Positions 63,180 through 64,000 of a DNA stretch of 64,000 nucleotides are shown one piece after another. Below the pieces are notes generated by a model. The model ran no database searches and had not been told where the DNA came from. It worked only from the letters and a program-made list of their open reading frames with translations. The DNA lies in the NCBI GenBank assembly GCA_963794945.1, contig CAWCFT010000001.1:384001-448000 (forward strand), written 5' to 3'. Origin of the DNA: Endomicrobiales bacterium. Its GTDB lineage: Bacteria > Elusimicrobiota > Endomicrobiia > Endomicrobiales > CAWCFT01. The position numbers were made by a program, and so were the translations under genes. Position 1 is the first letter of the stretch. Each line of letters starts with the position of its first letter.

Positions 63180-64000
63180 ATGAAAAAACGAATTGTTATT
63201 ACCGGTATAGGAGTGATAACCCCTATTGGCACGGGAAAGAAGCGTTCACTCAGGCTTTGCGCGAGGGCAAATCCGGCGCGAACCGCATTACGACATTCGA
63301 TGTAAGCGCTTTTTCCACTCAGATAGCCGCCCATGTCAAGGACTTTAACGTCGAAGACCACCTCGACAAGAAGAAAGCCAGGCGTATGGCGCAGTTCAGC
63401 CAGTACGGCCTTGTGGCCGCCAAGATGGCGGTTGCCGATTCCGGGCTTGATCCCTCGAAAGAAGACCTTTCCAGGATCGGAGTTATAACCGGAACAGGCA
63501 TAGGCGGGCTCGATGTCATTGAGCACGAAGAAAAGAACCTTGTCGAAAAGGGCCCGAGACGCGTGAGCCCTTTTCTGATACCGATGATAATAACGAACAT
63601 TCTCCCGGGCGAGATCGCCATAGAGTACGGTTTTACCGGGCCCAACTACGCTGTAACCAGCGCCTGCGCGTCGGGCAACCACGCGATCGGCGACGCGATG
63701 AGGATGCTAACTTATGGCGATGCCGATGTTATCGTTAGCGGCGGAGCCGAGGCTGCCATAACACCTCTCGGCCTCGCTGGCTTTTGCAGCATCAAAGCGC
63801 TTTCCCAGAGGAACGACGCTCCTGAAAAGGCCTCGCGCCCGTTCGACAAGAACCGCGACGGTTTCCTCATGGGAGAAGGCGCCGGTATACTTGTTCTGGA
63901 AACGCTTGAGCACGCACAGAAAAGGGGTGCCAAGATATACGCGGAACTCATAGGCTACGGCGCCTCCGATGACGCTTATCACATAACCGCGCCGCACCCT
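63180..64000 (+). CDS. fabF: 3-oxoacyl-ACP synthase II (frameshift near 63240; runs off the window; missing from ORF track)
   Basis: MKKRIVITGIGVITPIG, GPNYAVTSACASGNHAIG, SRPFDKNRDGF, DAYHITAP. Confidence 0.95.

Overview
Bacterial chromosomal segment with all credible genes on the + strand. The gene style suggests Elusimicrobiota, but that is only an inference. In order it holds: recG (5'-truncated); a ~5.8 kb accessory block (lipocalin, zeta-toxin-like P-loop protein plus small partner, orphan ParB-like gene #1, AT-rich Cys/His protein, exported flavodoxin plus a mini membrane protein); coaD; a type IV pilus machinery cluster (degenerate pilB-like, pilT, pilC, pilD, pilMNOPQ); and a ~33 kb surface-glycosylation locus (O-antigen-ligase/OTase-TPR, three YfhO-like and four other GT-C proteins, GT2/GT4s, flippase-like proteins, two B12-radical SAM enzymes, an amino-sugar trio, carbamoyltransferase, WecA-like). 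These are followed by orphan ParB-like gene #2, a hypothetical gene, an MDR oxidoreductase, icd-like, ndk, ackA, yceD-rpmF-plsX-fabH-fabD-fabG-acpP-fabF (3'-truncated). Many genes, including normally essential ones, carry indels best explained as sequencing errors. The most striking observation concerns the two ParA-less ParB-like genes. Each carries a perfect parS-sized palindrome inside its own coding sequence, centred on the same aligned Arg codon just after the HTH, with compensatory changes between the two copies. Both also have long tails and sit among (and contain) palindromic repeat elements.
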